Assembly: GCA_029762535.1 (NCBI GenBank)
Contig: JARVGK010000033.1
Location: 1-35,840, forward strand
DNA from: Thermoplasmatota archaeon
GTDB taxonomy: Archaea; Thermoplasmatota; Penumbrarchaeia; Penumbrarchaeales; Penumbrarchaeaceae
Direction: 5' to 3'
DNA: 35,840 nucleotides
Made by a program: the position numbers and the translations under genes. The notes beneath the pieces are model-generated. The model worked only from the letters and a program-made list of their open reading frames with translations. It was not told the DNA's origin and searched no databases. Shown here in pieces: positions 35,124 through 35,840 of this stretch; within the stretch, counting starts at the first letter, position 1; each line of letters opens with the position of its first letter.

Positions 35124-35840
35124 TCATTCCTCCGCCTTCATATCTTCCTGATTACGGGATCTGGATCTCCTTATGAAGATAATAGCCACTACAACCAATA
35201 CTAACAACAGGATCGCGACAGGGATGATGATCGCAAGGATAGGAAACGGTTCGTTCTCTTCTGTACCATTAAGATCATTGCCGGGAACATCGGAAACCGC
35301 TATCGTAAAAGAGGTCGAATTGGAATTGCCCTCAGCATCATGTACGGTCACCGTCACGGTATATCTTCCCGGAGCGGATATGCTGCCGGAAAGAGTACCG
35401 TTCGTTGATGGGATCGATACTCCGGACCAGGCATAGGATACGATCCCGATATTGTCCCTGGCTATCGCATCGACCTTGAAAGATTCTCCTACCAGAACAG
35501 ATAAATCAAATATCGGATCGATCTCGGGAGGGATCACATCGACGATTGTTACGGATCCGGACAGAGATGCGGCGTTCCCAGAGCCGTCACTAGCTTCTAG
35601 GACATACATCAGATCCCCGATCCTATCGGACGGGATCGATATTACCGACCTGAAGGAATTACCGCTGCCTTCAAGAACCATAACGGAACCTTCCATGCCA
35701 GGCAGAGTGTATTCGAGAACCACCTCGGAGATGCCTATGTTGTCATCAACAACAAACTCGAGCTCGAGAGATTCGCCCGTGCCTATCGTCTCAGGAACAA
35801 TGCTCTGGATCACCGGGGGATCGTTGTCCGCAACCTTTAT
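35124..35840 (-). CDS. C-terminal part of a large surface protein with Ig-like/PKD repeats and TM anchor (5' end outside the window)
   Basis: The frame is open to the window edge (IKVADNDPPV...). Repeated D..PP / DN.GI / D..GN motifs, PGRYTVTVTV.D..GN, TM + RRSRSR, ends in EE. Confidence 0.82.
   Translation of the reverse strand: MKVADNDPPVIQSIVPETIGTGESLELEFVVDDNIGISEVVLEYTLPGMEGSVMVLEGSGNSFRSVISIPSDRIGDLMYVLEASDGSGNAASLSGSVTIVDVIPPEIDPIFDLSVLVGESFKVDAIARDNIGIVSYAWSGVSIPSTNGTLSGSISAPGRYTVTVTVHDAEGNSNSTSFTIAVSDVPGNDLNGTEENEPFPILAIIIPVAILLLVLVVVAIIFIRRSRSRNQEDMKAEE

Overview
Archaeal chromosome segment; the gene content (PriS, GINS, Tsr3, archaeal ValRS, PGF-CTERM protein, tRNA-Ile2) suggests a Euryarchaeota/Thermoplasmatota-type host (inference). 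Left ~4.4 kb: an AT-richer accessory island abutting the 3' end of a tRNA(CAU) gene. It holds the 5' end of an IS1634-like transposase, a hicAB pair whose toxin has a nonsense codon, and a His-rich peptide plus CopB-type ATPase. These cargo blocks are separated by repeated units built from tRNA 3'-end copies, inverted copies and stacked covarying hairpins, resembling a tRNA-anchored cassette array. Next come a 2499-aa membrane-tethered RHS/YD protein with a PGF-CTERM partner, a group 3b NiFe-hydrogenase operon (beta-gamma fusion, delta, alpha, protease), priS/gins/tsr3/valS with interspersed membrane proteins, and a complete Mrp-Mbh (group 4d) hydrogenase operon with an MbhH-MbhI fusion. The window ends with a PadR-HAAS pair and C-terminally anchored surface proteins. 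Four unrelated single-pass surface proteins all end in TM-basic patch-...EE-stop, encoded by the same GAGGAATRA.
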